The notes under the pieces were generated by a model. It was not told where the DNA came from, made no database searches, and saw only the letters and a list, made by a program, of their open reading frames with translations. Source: an uncultured Muribaculaceae bacterium (GTDB lineage: Bacteria > Bacillota_I > Bacilli_A > RF39 > UBA660). From it: DNA of 64,000 nucleotides. Of the stretch, positions 62,892 to 64,000 are shown piece by piece (position 1 is the first letter of the stretch; the number at the start of each line of letters is the position of its first letter). The translations under genes were made by a program, and so were the position numbers. The DNA is taken from assembly GCA_964587565.1 (NCBI GenBank), contig CAZPLK010000004.1:4220-68219 (forward strand), in the 5' to 3' direction.

Positions 62892-62920
62892 TTGACTAAT
62901 AAAATTGCAGTATATATAAT
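62892..62920 (+). promoter_or_regulatory. Promoter for asnS (TTGACT-N17-TATAAT)
   Basis: 62892-62897 and 62915-62920. Short leader with no T-box. Confidence 0.6.
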
Positions 62921-62977
62921 TAATATACGTTAAATTAGTTATGTTTAAAAAAGTTAACAAACTATTAGGAGGATAAA

Positions 62978-64000
62978 ATGTCAGTAGTAGATGTAAAAGA
63001 ATTATATTTGAACGATTATATAGGAAAAGAAATAATTTTAGAAGGCTGGATTAGAAATCATAGAAAACAAAAAGAATTTGGTTTTATTGATTTCAATGAT
63101 GGAACATATTTTAAATCAGTACAAATTGTATATAGTAACAAACTGGCGCAGTTTGAAGAAATAACAAAATATCGTGTTGGCTCTGCAATAAGAGCTTACG
63201 GTAAAGTAATTGAATCGCCTGGGAAAAATCAAATTTTTGAAATTGAACTTATCAAAATAGAATTAGAAGGTGAAAGTCCCGAAAATTATCCAATTCAACC
63301 TAAACGTCATAGTAGGGAGTTTTTAAGAGAAGTTGCACACTTAAGGCCAAGAACCAATTTATTTAACGCCGTATTTAGGGTAAGAAGTTTAGTGGCTATG
63401 GCAATTCATAGTTACTTTCAAGATAGGAATTATGTATATTTACATAGTCCAATTATAACAGCTAGTGATGCCGAAGGTGCGGGAGATATGTTTCAGGTTA
63501 CTACATTGAATTTAAATAATGTGCCTAAAACAGATAATAAAGATATAGATTACAATAAGGATTTTTTTCATAAAAAATCATCATTAACTGTTTCAGGTCA
63601 ACTACAAGGAGAGGCTTTTGCGCTTGCGTATAAAAGAATATATACATTTGGTCCAACTTTTAGGGCTGAAAATTCAAACACTAAAACACATGCTTCAGAA
63701 TTTTGGATGATTGAACCAGAAATAGCTTTTTGTGATTTAAATGGGATTATGGATATATCTGAAGATGTTTTAAAATATATTATAAATTATCTTTTAAAAC
63801 ACGCTAAAGTTGAAATGGAATTTTTTGATAAATTCGTTGAGCCAGGCTTGTTAGATAAACTAAATATTGTATTAAATAAGAAAGCTAAGAGAATAACACA
63901 TAAAGAAGCAATTGATATTTTATTAAAATCTAATAAGGATTTTGAAAACACGCCAAAATATGACGGTGATTTAGCCAAAGAACATGAAAAGTATTTAACA
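62978..64000 (+). CDS. asnS: Asparagine--tRNA ligase (3' end beyond window)
   Basis: Own translation from ATG at 62978 after AGGAGG: MSVVDVKELYLNDYIGKEIILEGWIRNHRKQKEFGFIDFNDGT... Class IIb OB anticodon domain, then FRAENSNT (motif 2 region). Confidence 0.88.
   Translation, partial: MSVVDVKELYLNDYIGKEIILEGWIRNHRKQKEFGFIDFNDGTYFKSVQIVYSNKLAQFEEITKYRVGSAIRAYGKVIESPGKNQIFEIELIKIELEGESPENYPIQPKRHSREFLREVAHLRPRTNLFNAVFRVRSLVAMAIHSYFQDRNYVYLHSPIITASDAEGAGDMFQVTTLNLNNVPKTDNKDIDYNKDFFHKKSSLTVSGQLQGEAFALAYKRIYTFGPTFRAENSNTKTHASEFWMIEPEIAFCDLNGIMDISEDVLKYIINYLLKHAKVEMEFFDKFVEPGLLDKLNIVLNKKAKRITHKEAIDILLKSNKDFENTPKYDGDLAKEHEKYLT

Overview
Strongly AT-rich, standard-code (TGA is a stop) Firmicute chromosome centred on the replication origin. 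Gene content and order look Bacilli/Erysipelotrichia-like. Left of oriC everything is on the minus strand: dnaA-dnaN-(comK-like)-recF-gyrB-gyrA, a parS array, then ffs-tadA-dnaX-ebfC-recR. Right of oriC almost everything is on the plus strand: rpmH-rnpA-yidC-jag-mnmE-mnmG-rsmG-noc, then uvrB-yvlD-lgt-trxB, then soj-spo0J. These are followed by mscS, DUF951, an AbgT-like transporter, ychF and rpsF-ssb-rpsR. Next comes the complete S10-spc-alpha ribosomal protein cluster (rpsJ to rplQ, with secY, adk, map, infA, rpoA), which has no rpmD. After it come a small accessory stretch (SDR, P-type ATPase, desulfoferrodoxin, phosphoesterase, CPBP protease) and the rimP-nusA-ylxR-infB-rbfA operon. The window ends with patatin-trpS, DUF368, a convergent cotO-like/cotZ-like spore-coat pair, an LtaS-family gene, UPF0316, two unknown ORFs and the 5' part of asnS. 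I found no rRNA or tRNA genes, CRISPR, prophage, transposon or recognisable defence island. By gene content this is a core region, not an accessory one. The unusual signals are chromosome-organisation cis elements and their binding proteins. (1) Five parS sites sit in a perfectly phased 40-bp tandem array just after gyrA. (2) Noc-binding-site palindromes occur in front of the noc-like gene, in oriC, and embedded identically in dnaX and rsmG. (3) The Noc orthologue lacks the N-terminal membrane helix and carries a roughly 200-aa acidic insertion. Secondary oddities are a ComK homologue in the dnaN-recF gap, a minimal 4.5S-type SRP RNA, missing L30, a half-length RimP, an SSB without the terminal Pro-Phe tip, and an SDR with Glu in place of the catalytic Lys. 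All protein calls rest on my own reading of the supplied translations and remembered family motifs. No database search was run.
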